A stretch of 64,000 bases of DNA from Atractiella rhizophila (lineage: Eukaryota): positions 20,944-84,943 of the forward strand of contig MU271332.1 of NCBI GenBank assembly GCA_021432655.1, written 5' to 3'. Both the position numbers and the translations under genes were made by a program. The number at the start of each line of letters is the position of its first letter. Position 1 is the stretch's first letter. This document shows, piece by piece, positions 34,393 to 46,800 of the stretch. The notes under the pieces are model-generated. The model saw nothing but the letters and a program-made list of their open reading frames with translations, was not told the DNA's origin and ran no database searches.

Positions 34393-36755
34393 ATGATCCA
34401 GCAGCCGTTGGAGTCGCCACGACCAGGAAAGCATGGTAGGACGACTTCATCAGACTCACCAGACCCAAAGAAGAGGAAGAGAGAGTCCAATGGGTCCGCT
34501 GTTAACGTTCCATTACCAAGTAGTAGCAGTCCCGTTAAAGATGACGGGGTCAAGAAGAAGAAGAATGCAAAGGTGAGCGCTTCCAAACATTGGAAGTAAA
34601 GGACAAAGGGCCATGAGACTGCGTGAAGGTTGCATTGCCTAGATTCCATTTTGATACCAAAGGATTGAGGAGTGGGAAGCTTGTGCTGGTCAAGGATATC
34701 AGAGACTTGGTGCTTTATTTACTTGCGGACGAAAAGGAGCCGCAGTGGATGTTCGTCGAGGTGAAGTACTATCCCCTTCACATTGAGACACAACTGAAAC
34801 CGAAGCTTGCGTAGAACAAACGGCTCATCAAGCATATTCTTGTCCTACTCATCCCAGGAGTGACCAATGATGTACTTGGTGCTCCGTTGAGCACGACACC
34901 AGCCAATTACCCTGTCTCTCTTCAACCATCGACATCCAACCCAGAATGCCAACTTCCAATCTTTCGGCTGCTTTTCTCACATTCCCTACCTACTCGAGCC
35001 CCGGGAGACACCCAAAAGCTTCACAATGCTTATCAAACGTTCATCATGGCTCCTTTACAGAAGAAAGAGAAAGAATTTCAGGACGCAGCACATCGTCAAA
35101 GTGAGTGAGTCTTCCTCTTCCCCATCCCCATACCTTCACTCTTTACGCCTTGTTCATCTTGCTGTTGTGATGTTGTAAAAGCCATGGCTCAAGCTACCTC
35201 GTCTGATCCGATCATGTACCTCCTGTCTCGAAGCGAGATGGAAGAGCAAAAGTATCCTATCCCAACCCGCTCCCCAGTCGCATCGTTGAAGAGCGGAAAG
35301 ATGACATGGGAAATGTGGACGCGTCCAGATGGATGGATCGAGACTCCTCGCGGCGCAAATTTGAGCGGTAGAGTGAAGGTCTTGGCTCTGGATTGCGAAA
35401 TGGTACACTCTTACACTGGTTGTGCTAACGTCTCATTTACTGAAATTTCTTACTCTAGTGTCTCACTGAGGATGGGTCTGAACTGGCCAGGATCACTGTC
35501 GTCGACAACGACAGGAATGTAGTTTACGACTCTCTTGTTAAACCTGATAAACCAATCATCGACTATTTAACTCGGTATGCTGCATTTCACTAGCACCTTA
35601 AAGGTCTGGCTCATCCCCTTGTAGATGGTCTGGCATAACTCCGAAGGCTCTTGAAGGCGTAACAACGAGACTAGTCGACGTTCAAAAGAAACTCACTGAA
35701 CTCATTGATCATAAAACGATCCTCGTTGGGCATTCTCTCGACTGCGATCTTCGGAGCTTGAAAGTGCGATCAACCCTTCTATTTGTAGACAAGATCAGAA
35801 TCGTTGACATGACTTGTCCTTGCAGCTTTCTCATCCATGGGTGATTGACACGTCCGTGATGTACCACCATCCTCGTGGTGCACCTTTCAAACCGTCGTTG
35901 AAGTGGTTGGCGCAAAAATGGCTAGGGAAGGAGATCCAGCGATCTGACAACCGCATAAACGGGGATGTGGTGGGACACGATTCGGAAGAGGATGCGAGAA
36001 CTTGCGTTGAGCTGTTAGCGAAGAAGCTTGAGAAAGGTAGGTATTGCTCCAAATGAGTCGTACTGACGTTAATTGTCCACATATCAGGCCCTGGATTTGG
36101 AGAATTTCCAAATGAAACTGAGCCTATTTTCGAGCGTCTCACCAGGCACGAGAAAAAGAGTGTCGTGGTCGATCATGGAAGCTTTCATACAGGGAAGGCT
36201 ACAACCCGAGTAGAGTGTAACACGGATGAGGAGGTCTGTCGCTGCTTGGTTGTTATTAACTTTTTATTCACTTCTTGCAGGTAGTGGACGGAATCTTGAA
36301 GGAGGTGAGCAATCACGATTTTGTGCTTGGTCGCTTGACAGATCTTTCCAACTCACTCGGTTGTATGTGTCTCTCAAAATTTTGTAAAGAGTCGGTTGAT
36401 TTCCTCCTCAGGGACGTCGTCACAAATTGCTTCGAATCCTAGGAGCGAGGATGTTGATGTTCACAAGACGACGAACGACGTTTCCACCGCTATGTCTCTT
36501 TTGAACTCTCAACTTAAGCGGTTGCACCAAGGCCTCCCGGCTAACACAGCCCTCATAATCTTTGGTGGACATTCAGATCCTCGTCCCATGCTAAAACTTT
36601 CCACCAAAAAGGCAAATTTCGAAGCAAAATGGAAGACGCACCGAATGGATGACGTTCCGATCGCTGAGAGATGGATGGCAGCGGATGACAGGCTTTTGAC
36701 TGAGGAAACTGAGAAGTGCAGGGTTGCTCCGAGCTTCTACCTGGTTAAGCATTGA
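34393..36755 (+). CDS. REX1: DEDDh 3'-5' RNA exonuclease, Rex1/Rnh70 family
   Basis: VLALDCEM|CLTEDGSELARITVV, LVKPDKPIIDYLTR|WSGIT, ILVGHSLDCDL, VIDTS, PSLKWLAQKWL and GHDSEEDARTC. Confidence 0.9.
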
Positions 36756-37234
36756 AGCTTTATCATATGCCACTTTTGCCTTCGTCTTTCTCTTTGTCGT
36801 TCTCTCGCTCCTTTCTTCTTTCTCTTCTCCTTGATCTTGATCATTCTCTCTCTATAGTCCTCTCCTTTGTTTACCGTAGCGATTGCTCCAGCCGGATATA
36901 CTTTTGCAGATGAAAATTTACGACTTACGTGTTATGCTCACTTACTTTAATGGCGGCACCAGAGACATAAACTAGTAGCAGAATTTCTGGCCATGGCCCC
37001 TTGTTTAAATCAATACTGGGAGACTTTAGAGTTGCACGGAACGGAGCGTGCCTTCTAAGCTTTCTAGGCGAACGATGAAGGGATGCATTCACAAGAAGTT
37101 AAAATATTCACAGCGAACAAAAGAATGTCGCTTGAATAATCACAATAATCAAAAATATGTCGCACTGGTGCAAGCTTCGACTTAGCCTTGTTCTTGTTCA
37201 TCGCAGGAAGATGAAGGGTCACGTACCTCACTCC

Positions 37235-37903
37235 TCAGTGCAGCACAAGAGCAACACCCATCGCTGCTCCTCCAAAGACAAGTGTGGTCCATTTCATTCC
37301 ACTCAAGTCAACAGCGCGGTAAGCACCTGAACCATCGCCAACTGCGCTGGTCGCTTGTCCCTGTTGTTCCATTATGAGTTGCTGTGGTACAAGAGATTTA
37401 GGAGAAAGTTGTGAGACGCACAAAGACAGATGTTGCATCGGAAGCCACAGATCCACCGAAACTAGTAGCGTCTCCCTGTAGAACGAAAGAAGGTTGTAAA
37501 CGAGTAGGTCGTGCGTCGGCAGATGAAAAATACATACAAAAGCCGAAGTTACATCTGGGCAGATCATCAGTGCCAGTGGTCGCAAATGGATCAAGTAACA
37601 CACCTGTTGCAACGGATCCAAAGAACGAAGTAATGTCCCCAATGATTCCACCGTCGCCACCGTTAGAATGGGTAGAGGTAGAGGTCGAAGTTGGCGTTGC
37701 GGTGGTGTTTGTCGTTGCAGAGCCAATGGTTATAGTAACAGAGCCTATAGAGGGAAAAGACTCGAGATTAGTCACTGTCCGAGTTTCGTATAAAGCCAGC
37801 TCCCTTGGGAATAGGAAGTGGCGAAATACGAACCACTCGTGTCAGCTTGAGGCAAGGCGGCAGCGAAAGAAAGGAGAGAGGCGAGTGCGAGCGTGAATTT
37901 CAT
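37235..37903 (-). CDS. Small secreted S/T/G-rich protein, probable GPI anchor
   Basis: Signal peptide MKFTLALASLLSFAAALPQA, a Thr/Ser-rich core, and hydrophobic C-terminus TTLVFGGAAMGVALVLH*. Confidence 0.75.
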
Positions 37904-37989
37904 GATGAAGTCGTGCAACTGTCTGATTTGTCAATTACTGTGAGATACTTGAAAAAAAATTGGTGCCGGGGGCCGCTGAAAAGCCCCCC

Positions 37990-37996
37990 TTTTATA
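37990..37996 (-). promoter_or_regulatory. TATA box (TATAAAA)
   Basis: About 87 nt upstream of the ATG at 37903. Confidence 0.55.
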
Positions 37997-38708
37997 GCGT
38001 AGTGAAGTGAGCATGACCACTGGCGGGAGAGCATGACGTCACCGGTAGCAAACGCAATTGCTTCCCGCACTCCGGTGGGAATGTCAATCTCGAAAATCTC
38101 CTCCCGCCCAGAAAGGTAAATACGCTCAGCCTAGCCTGGCTCAGCTATCCTTAGAACGGTTCTGAACTACCTTTTCTCGACTGCTCGATGGACAGGTGAA
38201 TCATGATTCACGATGGGAAACAGCGGTTTCGTCTTGCCACGGGAATCACGTTCGCACGAGCAGTCGAAATTATTTACGAAGAGCAACTAGCAGGCCGTAA
38301 TGTCGGACAGTGTTTAGACGACGAAGACAAATGTACGTGCTCAGCTCACTTCCTAGACTCGGTCGCGGTCGTTGTTAGAGAAAAACTTGTCTGATTCCAA
38401 AGCAAAGCAAGCCTAACAACAGATTCCATCTGCCTTCAAGTAATAACCAAGCACTGAGGAATCCATCTCTCATCTGTGTAGGAAGTGTAAGGGACGACCA
38501 TTTGGGGATTGCTTCGCTAGGAAGAAGTAAACGTCAAAAAAAGCGACGGGAAGAAAACGAAGTAGCCTCGTGGGCGTTGTGTGAATCGTGAAAAGAATGA
38601 TCGTTTAGCCAGCCCTGTGAGTCGAAATTGCAGCAATTGACCCCAATCGTGAGCCGGCCGGGAGTTGGTGGTCCTTCAGTCAAAAAGAATTGAGACAGTA
38701 GTGGTTGT

Positions 38709-39998
38709 TCAGCCTTGGAAGCCGTATTTCTTATTCCTCCTTCCGGTCATCTTCCAGGCAGCACCTTGCATCACAGTATTCTTGGAAGAAACCTTCTTCT
38801 TGAAAAGCTTTTCGAAGGCTCCTTTCAGGACATCGATGCTGTATGTCGTGCGGACCCTACATCCAGGAGAGTCCAGAGTTAGCAAGACGAAATTCGGGTC
38901 CCATAGATTAAGGATGGGCATGGGAAGACAAACCAAGCGGGATCGAAGGCGTCCATCACATACATCTTCACCTTCTTACCTTTGTAAGATACCTCAGCTT
39001 CGAGTCCGCAGAACCTAATTCACCACGCTTGAGTACACATTCCTTATGTGGACAGATAAAGAAAGGGGTACGCACTTCTTTGCGGTTGCGCGCCAGAGCT
39101 TTTCGTTGGAGTAGTAGGTGGGATGCTGCTTGCTCATGAGATTCATGTTGATGGCAAATCCCATCATGTTATCCTATGAAACCACATGAGCTTCTTCCAC
39201 CATGGACGTTTAGGGAAGACGAGCCTTGTACTCGATGCCACACCAGCTCTTGCCATTGGTGGAATCGGCCTTGTTGGAAGCGCTGCAAGGAAGTAACCAG
39301 TCAAAACATGCAAGCCTGACCTGAACCAGAGGGAAACATACCGGAACCAGGATGCGATGCCAGTTTTCTTGCCCTTCACTGTTCCAGGGACTGAAACCTT
39401 GACGAGGGTTGCACGCTTGGTGAGGGATCTGCACAACAAGAGCAATGTTAATTTGGCTGTTTGCTCTTCCAACGTTCAGGAAGGCCAATGATAGCAGCAG
39501 AACTGCGCAGAATACATCACAGCTCTTTCTTTGTGCACACATCTTACTTCGCATGAGCAGCAGTTTCATTGTCGTGAAGTGCTCCTTACACTCCGAACGC
39601 CCAGACAATTGGAACCAAGAATAGACTCACTCTTCCTCCTCAAACTCAAGTTCGTGGCGCTCAAGAAGCTTCGCGAACTCGTCTGCAGCATCGAAAGCAT
39701 CAACAAAGTCCCTCTTGTTCTCCCAATCTGCCTCCTCGATGTCCCTAGGTTCTACAACGCCGACCTCGACAGGTTGAGCGAAGGCAGGTTCGGGAAATCG
39801 TTTCGTAAGGTCCAGGTTGGTGCTTCGGAGAGAACCAGCGGTCCTGATGGTCTGCAGGGTAGTGACTGTCAGCGTAAAGCTACTGCTGTTGCGAGCATAA
39901 CATAGCACGGATGGCTGAGCTGAAGAACGTACATGTTTCCTTGCCTCGGTGGAAGCAGCGAAAAAGAGGATTGTGGCGAGAAACGCGAATCGAGCCAT
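38709..39998 (-). CDS. Secreted protein with RlpA-like double-psi beta-barrel (expansin-related) C-terminal domain
   Basis: Signal peptide MARFAFLATILFFAASTEA. Acidic prosegment with KR sites. Motifs TGIASWF, STNGKSWCG, YVMDAFDPAW|VRTTYSIDV and WKMTG. Confidence 0.6.
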
Positions 39999-40110
39999 TG
40001 GTAGCAATGAGAGTGCGTTTATAACGAGAGAAGATAAAGAGAGAAAACGTGGAAGAGAAGAAAAGATGGTGGTTTGCGGACAAAGAAGACCAGTTCAGAA
40101 GGTCCGAACC

Positions 40111-40116
40111 TTTATA
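40111..40116 (-). promoter_or_regulatory. Possible TATA box (TATAAA)
   Basis: About 113 nt upstream of the ATG at 39998. Confidence 0.4.
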
Positions 40117-40224
40117 CCAAATTTGATCGCGGTCATGTGACCTGGATCTGGTATTTGGGTGTAGCAATCGACCGTCTTTTACTGAGCCTTTACGTGTTAA
40201 ACTGGCTGTTATAGTAGAGTGAAC

Positions 40225-42814
40225 ATGAGGATTTATAGGTCTCCAGTGAGTGAACCTGTGTTCTACAGACAGCTGCTCAGTGCATTGTGTCTTGCATCAG
40301 CACACGCCAAAGAACGACATTCCCCTCACTTCCGTCTTCGAGTACATCTGGGTTTGTCCCTGCCCTCGGTCGTAATATTTTTGCTCTAATCATCCTGCAG
40401 TCGAACCCAAACAATGTTCCTGAGGACACAGTTGCGCTCGTGGATAGCCAGGACAAGTTTCTAACGTGCGTTGCTGCGACTCTTTCCTTCAGTTTTCGTC
40501 AGCCTTGACATTTCTTTTCCTCCATCTTGCAGGCGTAAAGAGCTACGCGAAAATTCGCAGCGCCTCGCGTATTATCTTGTACACAGTCTCGGTCTTCAAG
40601 CTGGAGACGTTGCTTGCATTTTTAGCCCCAACTCGATACATTATCATGTGATGGTGTATGCCTGCCAATGTGCTGGGATAGTGGTATCGGCTGCAAATGC
40701 GGTACGGATTTCTCTTCATTTGGTTTGGACAACCATAGGTATCTCTGATGCTAAGTTTGAAGGCGTATATGGTTGATGAACTGCATCATCAGCTTGAAGA
40801 TTCTGGAAGCAAGCTGTTACTGGCCCATCCGGCAGTCCTCGAGGTCTGTCCTTCCCCAACAGTGTCATCATTTTTGACTGGGGACTACCAGGTAGCAGAA
40901 CAAGCGACTCGCCGTCTGGCATCCCCACCTAAGATCCTATTGGCTTCGAGTCGAGCCGAAAGCGTATCATACGCTGGACGTTACCTTTGCCTCGATGAGA
41001 CGATGGGTGAAAAGCTTCTTCCTCCTCATGTTTGTCCTCTCTGTCATTTACCACGCCTTTTAACCCACACAGTTTTTATTTGTGTAGAGAGTAAAGGATC
41101 CCAAGACGTCTGGTGGGTTTCAGATTTACCTTGAGCGGCGCTCATGTTTAACGGCAGTGGCTTATCTTGGATATTCAAGTGGCACAACTGGGAAAGCCAA
41201 AGGAGTAATGACAACTCATTATAACAGTTTGTGTTCCACCCCATCGAAACGAAGTTCTCATATTTGTGTCTAGTGTGTAGTGTGATTTCGATGCTTCATA
41301 CTATCGCCGAAGGACCAGAGCATGTCCAAATGGCCTTTCTACCTCTCAATGTGCGTTCTAACCAACTGAATGTCCCTAGAATACGACTGAAGGAAATGGC
41401 CAGCACATCTATGGACTGTCCAAATTGGTTCATTGGCCAATTCGTGAAGGTAGTTCCCCCCTCCAAAAATCAACACGGCTCTACTAAAGATGGCATAGGA
41501 ATGAAGGTTGTTATCATGCCACGCTTTGATCTTGAGGGTTATTGTTCGCTGGTACAAAAGCACAAGATTACATGCACCATGCTAGGTAGGCTTACAATTG
41601 ATTTTCGAGTTAGGCTTTAACGATAACCTGAAAGTGCCTCCCGTCGCACTTCTTCTCGCTAAAGACCCGCGAGTTTCTTCATATGATCTCTCCTCCTTAA
41701 AAATAATAGTTTCCGGCGCTGCGCCATTGGGGAAAGAGATGGAAGATACATTATCTGCTCGGCTGGGTGGTAATTGTTTTGTCGTGCGCTCTCTCCTCGA
41801 CATCCTACTAGTACGCAATCAAACTCGACATGAGTACATAGACTCAAGCCTACGGACTGACGGAAACTTCTCCCACCACACACTATCGTACACCCGAGTT
41901 CGCCATGCCAGGAAGCATTGGGCCGCTCCTCCCACGCTTGGAAGCGAGAATAGTTAATCCTGAGACGCTAGAAGATGTAGCTGAGGAGCAGGAGGGTGAG
42001 ATGTGGATACGCGGTCCCAGTACGCACCTCCTTCTCAAGCCTGGGCCATACTGATGAAAAGTGTACATAAAAGATGTCATGCTTGGATACCTTAACAGGC
42101 CAGAGCAGACGAAAGAGTCCATCGTTCAGGGTGGATGGCTGAGAACTGGAGATGTAGCTTATGTCAAAAACAACTGTTTCTTTATAACAGATCGGGTAAT
42201 CTTTTCGCTCTCCTGATATCTCAAGTTGTTGATGCATCCGTCGACAGATAAAGGAATTGGTGAGCCCTTTCACAACCACGGCCACGCCTAACGACCTTTT
42301 GATTGTAGATCAAGTACAAAGGCTTCCAGGTACCCCCGTTCGTATCCATGTCCCTCCTTTCAATTCTGCTTCAGTCTGATTGATACGCAGAGCGGAACTG
42401 GAGTCCCTTCTCTTACAGCACCCAGCAATCGCAGACGCCGGCGTAATAGGGGTATATAATGCCTCTGAACAGACAGAACTACCGCGCGCGTACGTAGTGC
42501 GTTCGGAAGGATCGAAGGTGGCAGAGAAGGAGATCGAAGATTGGGTGGCTTCGAAGGTACTACTGCTGCCTGGATCCTGGTATTGAGATCTTGGGAAGGT
42601 CTATACTGATTGGGCGATGGAATAGGTGAGCAATCCAAAGCGCTTGAGAGGTGGAGTGAGGTTCGTAGACTTCATTCCGAAGAGGTAGATCCCTTCAGAA
42701 CTCCTGTGAAATGAACTGACCAGCCTCTCAAGCCCGTCTGGGAAGATATTACGGAGGGTGATAAAGGACTGGGCGAAAGCTGACGAGCCAAAGACTGCAA
42801 AGGCAAAACTGTAA
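40225..42814 (+). CDS. 4-coumarate:CoA ligase-like acyl-CoA synthetase (ANL superfamily), peroxisomal
   Basis: YSSGTTGKAKGVMTTH, SGAAPL, QAYGLTETSP, GEMWIRGP, GWLRTGD, IKYKGFQ, ELPRAYVV and PSGKILRR. C-terminal PTS1 -AKL*. Confidence 0.92.
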
Positions 42815-42918
42815 ATTTAGATAAGTATTGAAGGTCAATATAAAACTGGAGTAACAGGCGTATGTCATGACCATACTTCTAGTATCACAATTTACCTATG
42901 CACAATGACATTCTAAGC

Positions 42919-43808
42919 CTAATCGTATGTTGAAGAAGCGAACTTTTTGGGCACGCCCAACTTCTTGCTTCCATTAATACCTCCAGGAGTGGGAATCACA
43001 ACTAGGTTATGTAGAGGTCAGTGATTTCACGCTAGATCGAAGCAGGGTGGAACGCACCAGCTCTCTTTACTCCGTCTCCATTTCCCAAGGCCAATCCAGC
43101 TTTGATAGTTGAAGGAGCGTTGGACCTCCCCCTCAGTTGGATATCCATGGGTTTCTTCTTAAACAGGGCACGTCTCACCAGCAACTTGCTGGCTGGAGAA
43201 ACCGATGATGGCTGCACTCCATCTCTCACGTTGTGAGAAAGGCGCTGGATCGTCGTATTGCTATCGCACCAGATTTCGTTAGCATTACGGTCAAGGTTGA
43301 TGGCATTAAACAGAAGGAAAGTGCATTACCCGATCACTTCCCCTGAGGCATTGACACGAGGTTTCCCTGTTGCTCGTCTCTTCTTTGATGGCTTGGAGGT
43401 ATCAGAGGAGTGGCGTTTGCGCTTCTTAGTGGCGGTGGCAACTGTGGTAGAGGAAGAAGCAGCAGCAGCAGAAAAGATCGAAGGGTCGAGATGTTTTGAG
43501 CTTGAACTAGGTGCTGAAAGCTCCTCCTCTTCAAGCCTTGCAGAGGCAGATTTCTTCTGCTCCTGAGCTCGCGCCTTGAGGGCCGCGTCGCGCTCTTGAT
43601 TCTTAGTTTTCTTCTTTTTAGAAATGCTACGATCATCATTAGTTTTGGTAAAGATAGTAAGAAGTGCAGGGACAAACAGGGTGTGCACTTGGGAAAGGAG
43701 CTTCTGACGCTCTTTCTCCTTCTGACTCCCAACGTCAAACGTCTCGGACTCCGGCCCCTCATCTTCAGAATTCACGTCCCTGTCCGAATTCCTATCCATC
43801 TGAACCAT
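42919..43808 (-). CDS. Basic/acidic nucleolar-like hypothetical protein (possibly Bud21/Utp16-like)
   Basis: Spliced MVQMDRNSDRDVNSEDEGPESETF...KKKK...HLDPSIF...KKRKRH...VPKKFASSTYD*. The family call is weak. Confidence 0.6.
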
Positions 43809-46800
43809 CCCTAATAGCTCAAGAGTTCTCGCCTGCAAGTTTTGGTCGTTCTTGGAGAAGTCATCTCCCGGCCGGAGGATTTGTTTGGAGGGCTTCCCAA
43901 AATTTTCGGCAACACGTCTTCAGTTCGATTGCGAGTGCGCGTTTGACGACCATTACTCTTCTTACCACAATGGCAGGCAAGGGAGAGCCGTGAGTAGCGC
44001 TTTAATAGCATAACGAGGTTGAATTGATATATGATTTTGGGGAGACAGGGCTATAAACTCGCCGGACATTCAACACATTTCCCTCCATCGGCGGCTCCCT
44101 CTCCTCCTTCATGTATACATCCTACCGTTCATCTTCTTCTATCCATTTGCCGCATACGCCTACTACATTGCGTACGTTTAATAATACTTTCCTACAATCC
44201 TTGGAAGCATTTGGCTGATATTCGGGGAAGGTATGACCAACTTCTTGGTGGCGAAGAATGGACTTTTGCGCTTTGTGTTACGCTCTTCGGAGGTCATGCG
44301 CTCTCTTGGTTGGGAACGAGATGGAGCCCCGGTTTTAGGGTAACTACTACTAGCTTGAAGGTATGCTCCGTCGGTTATTCTTGATGGGCTGGCTTGACGA
44401 TGACGTTTGGGAAGGCAAACGATGTAGAGACGGCGCAAGTCGTCTGTGTCGTGCCTCAAAAGCACAAAGGCAAGACGGAGCTGGTAGAGTTGAAGAAGAA
44501 CGAGGTTTGTTCTTTTCCCTCCTTAGGCTCTCTTGATTGGCTGACCGCCCATCCACAGCGCCTGGATCAACCTCCACTTTTTTACTTCAACTTCCAAAAA
44601 GACAAGTATCTGTATGATTCTTCTACGCACACCTTCTCCCGAGTAGTCTATCCATGCGACGAGCCCAAGACAATGTCTTACTATCAATCTCAAAAGGGAC
44701 TCTCAGCTGCAGCACAAGAGAAAATGCACGCTGATTATGGCCTCAACATATTCGACATCCCCGTTCCTACCTTCAAGGACCTCTTCATCGAGCAAGCACA
44801 AGCACCTTTCTTCGTCTTCCAGGTGTTCTGTGTCAGTCTATGGATGATCGACGAGTATTGGTATTATTCCATTTTCACAGGATTCATGCTCGTAGTGTTT
44901 GAATGCACTGTCGTTTGGCAGGTTCGTTTTTCACTTGCTTCGTTTTGAAGTACAGACACCATGCTGACGTATGTCATATTTACAGCGACTACGAACGGTT
45001 AATGAGTTTAGAACCATGTCCATCAAACCCTACCCCATCCTTGTGCACCGTGAAGGCAAATGGATCGAAACTCAGACTGACGCCCTTCTTCCTGGTGACC
45101 TCGTCTCCGTCACGCGAACAAAAGAGGATTCTGGGATTGCATGCGACTTGCTTCTCCTTCGCGGATCGTGTATCGTCAACGAAGCCATGTTGTCAGGAGA
45201 GAGCACGCCGCTGTTGAAGGAAAGCATTGAACTTCGAGATGGACGAGAAGGATTTGACATGAATGGGGCGGATAAGAACTCGGTGCTGTTCGGGGGCACG
45301 AAAGTCTTACAGGCTACTACTCCTTCAAAGGAGTCGGGAACTGTTCGTAAGTCTTGCTTCCACCTGGCGCACAGTGGAGTTGCTGAACGGTGTGTGAAGC
45401 ACCGGATGGAGGATGCGTTGCATTGGTGCTACGCACAGGTTTCGGAACTTCTCAAGGTCAGCTAATTCGGACAATGATCTTCTCCTCTGAGAAGGTTGGT
45501 GCCGGAAACTGGGAGGCATTTGCATTCATTGCTTTCCTCCTCGTATTCGCCATCGCTGCCTCCGCCTACGTCTGGATCAAGGGTCTTGAGGATAACCGGC
45601 CGAAAGGAAAGCTTCTCCTGGACTGTGTCATCATCATCACCAGCGTCGTTCCTCCAGAACTGCCAATGGAGCTGAGCATGGCGGTCAATGCGAGTTTGGT
45701 TGCGCTTGGCAAGTATGGTGAGTATTCCCTCTCTTTTATTACGCCAATGAACGAAGGAAGATTGATTTGGTGTGTAGCCATCTTCTGTACCGAGCCTTTC
45801 AGGATTCCATTCGCCGGAAAAGTCGATGTTTGTTGTTTTGATAAGACCGGCACGATCACATCGGAGGAATTGGTGTTGGAAGGGGTTGCTGGAGCGAAGA
45901 CGGAGGATCTCAAGTCTCTCATTGACGTACGATCAACCTCTTACGAGTCAACGCTCACTATCGCCGCTGCCCACGCTCTGGTTCTACTCGATGACGGTGT
46001 GGTTGGAGACCCTATGGAAAAGGCCACTCTGGATGCACTTGAATGGAAAGTCAACGCTGGGGACAATATCGCACCTGCATCGAAGGAGGCGCCAAATAGA
46101 GCTAATATTGAGGTCAAGAGGAGATATCAGTTCTCGAGCGCACTCAAGAGGATGTCAACCGTTTCATGGGTTAGCAAAGAGAACACAAAGAAGACTCTCG
46201 TCGCAGTTAAAGGTGCACCGGAGACACTAAAGGGCATGTACAAAGAGCTCCCGAGGGAATACGAGGCGACCTATAAGCATTTTGCTCAGAGGGGAAGTCG
46301 TGTATTGGCGTTAGGGTATAAATGGATTGAGAATCTGAACATGAGCCAGGTTTGTCCGTTGCTTGAGTGTGCGAGTAAATGCTGAGGTACAACAGATCAA
46401 TTCCCTCCCAAGGGAGAAAGTTGAGAGCGATCTCACCTTTGCTGGGTTCCTGGTTTTCACAAGTCCTTTGAAGGAGGACGCCGTCAGGACCCTGAGGATG
46501 CTCATCGATTCGTCACATCGTGTTTGTCTTTCCACACTTCCTTATGTTGACTGATGGCTCATGATGCGCAACCTACTTCAGTGTATTATGATTACTGGAG
46601 ATAACCCACTCACTGCGTCGCATGTGGCTCGAGATGTCGAGATTGTCGATCGTGAGGTCATGATTCTGGATCGCAAAGAAGAAGGTGCCGAGAAAGGTAA
46701 GCAGTCCGTTGTATTCTCCCTTGCAACCTCTAATCTGGCTTGAAGAACTCGTCTGGCGCACTGTGGACGATAGGAAGGTCATTCCGGTGGATGTTACTCA

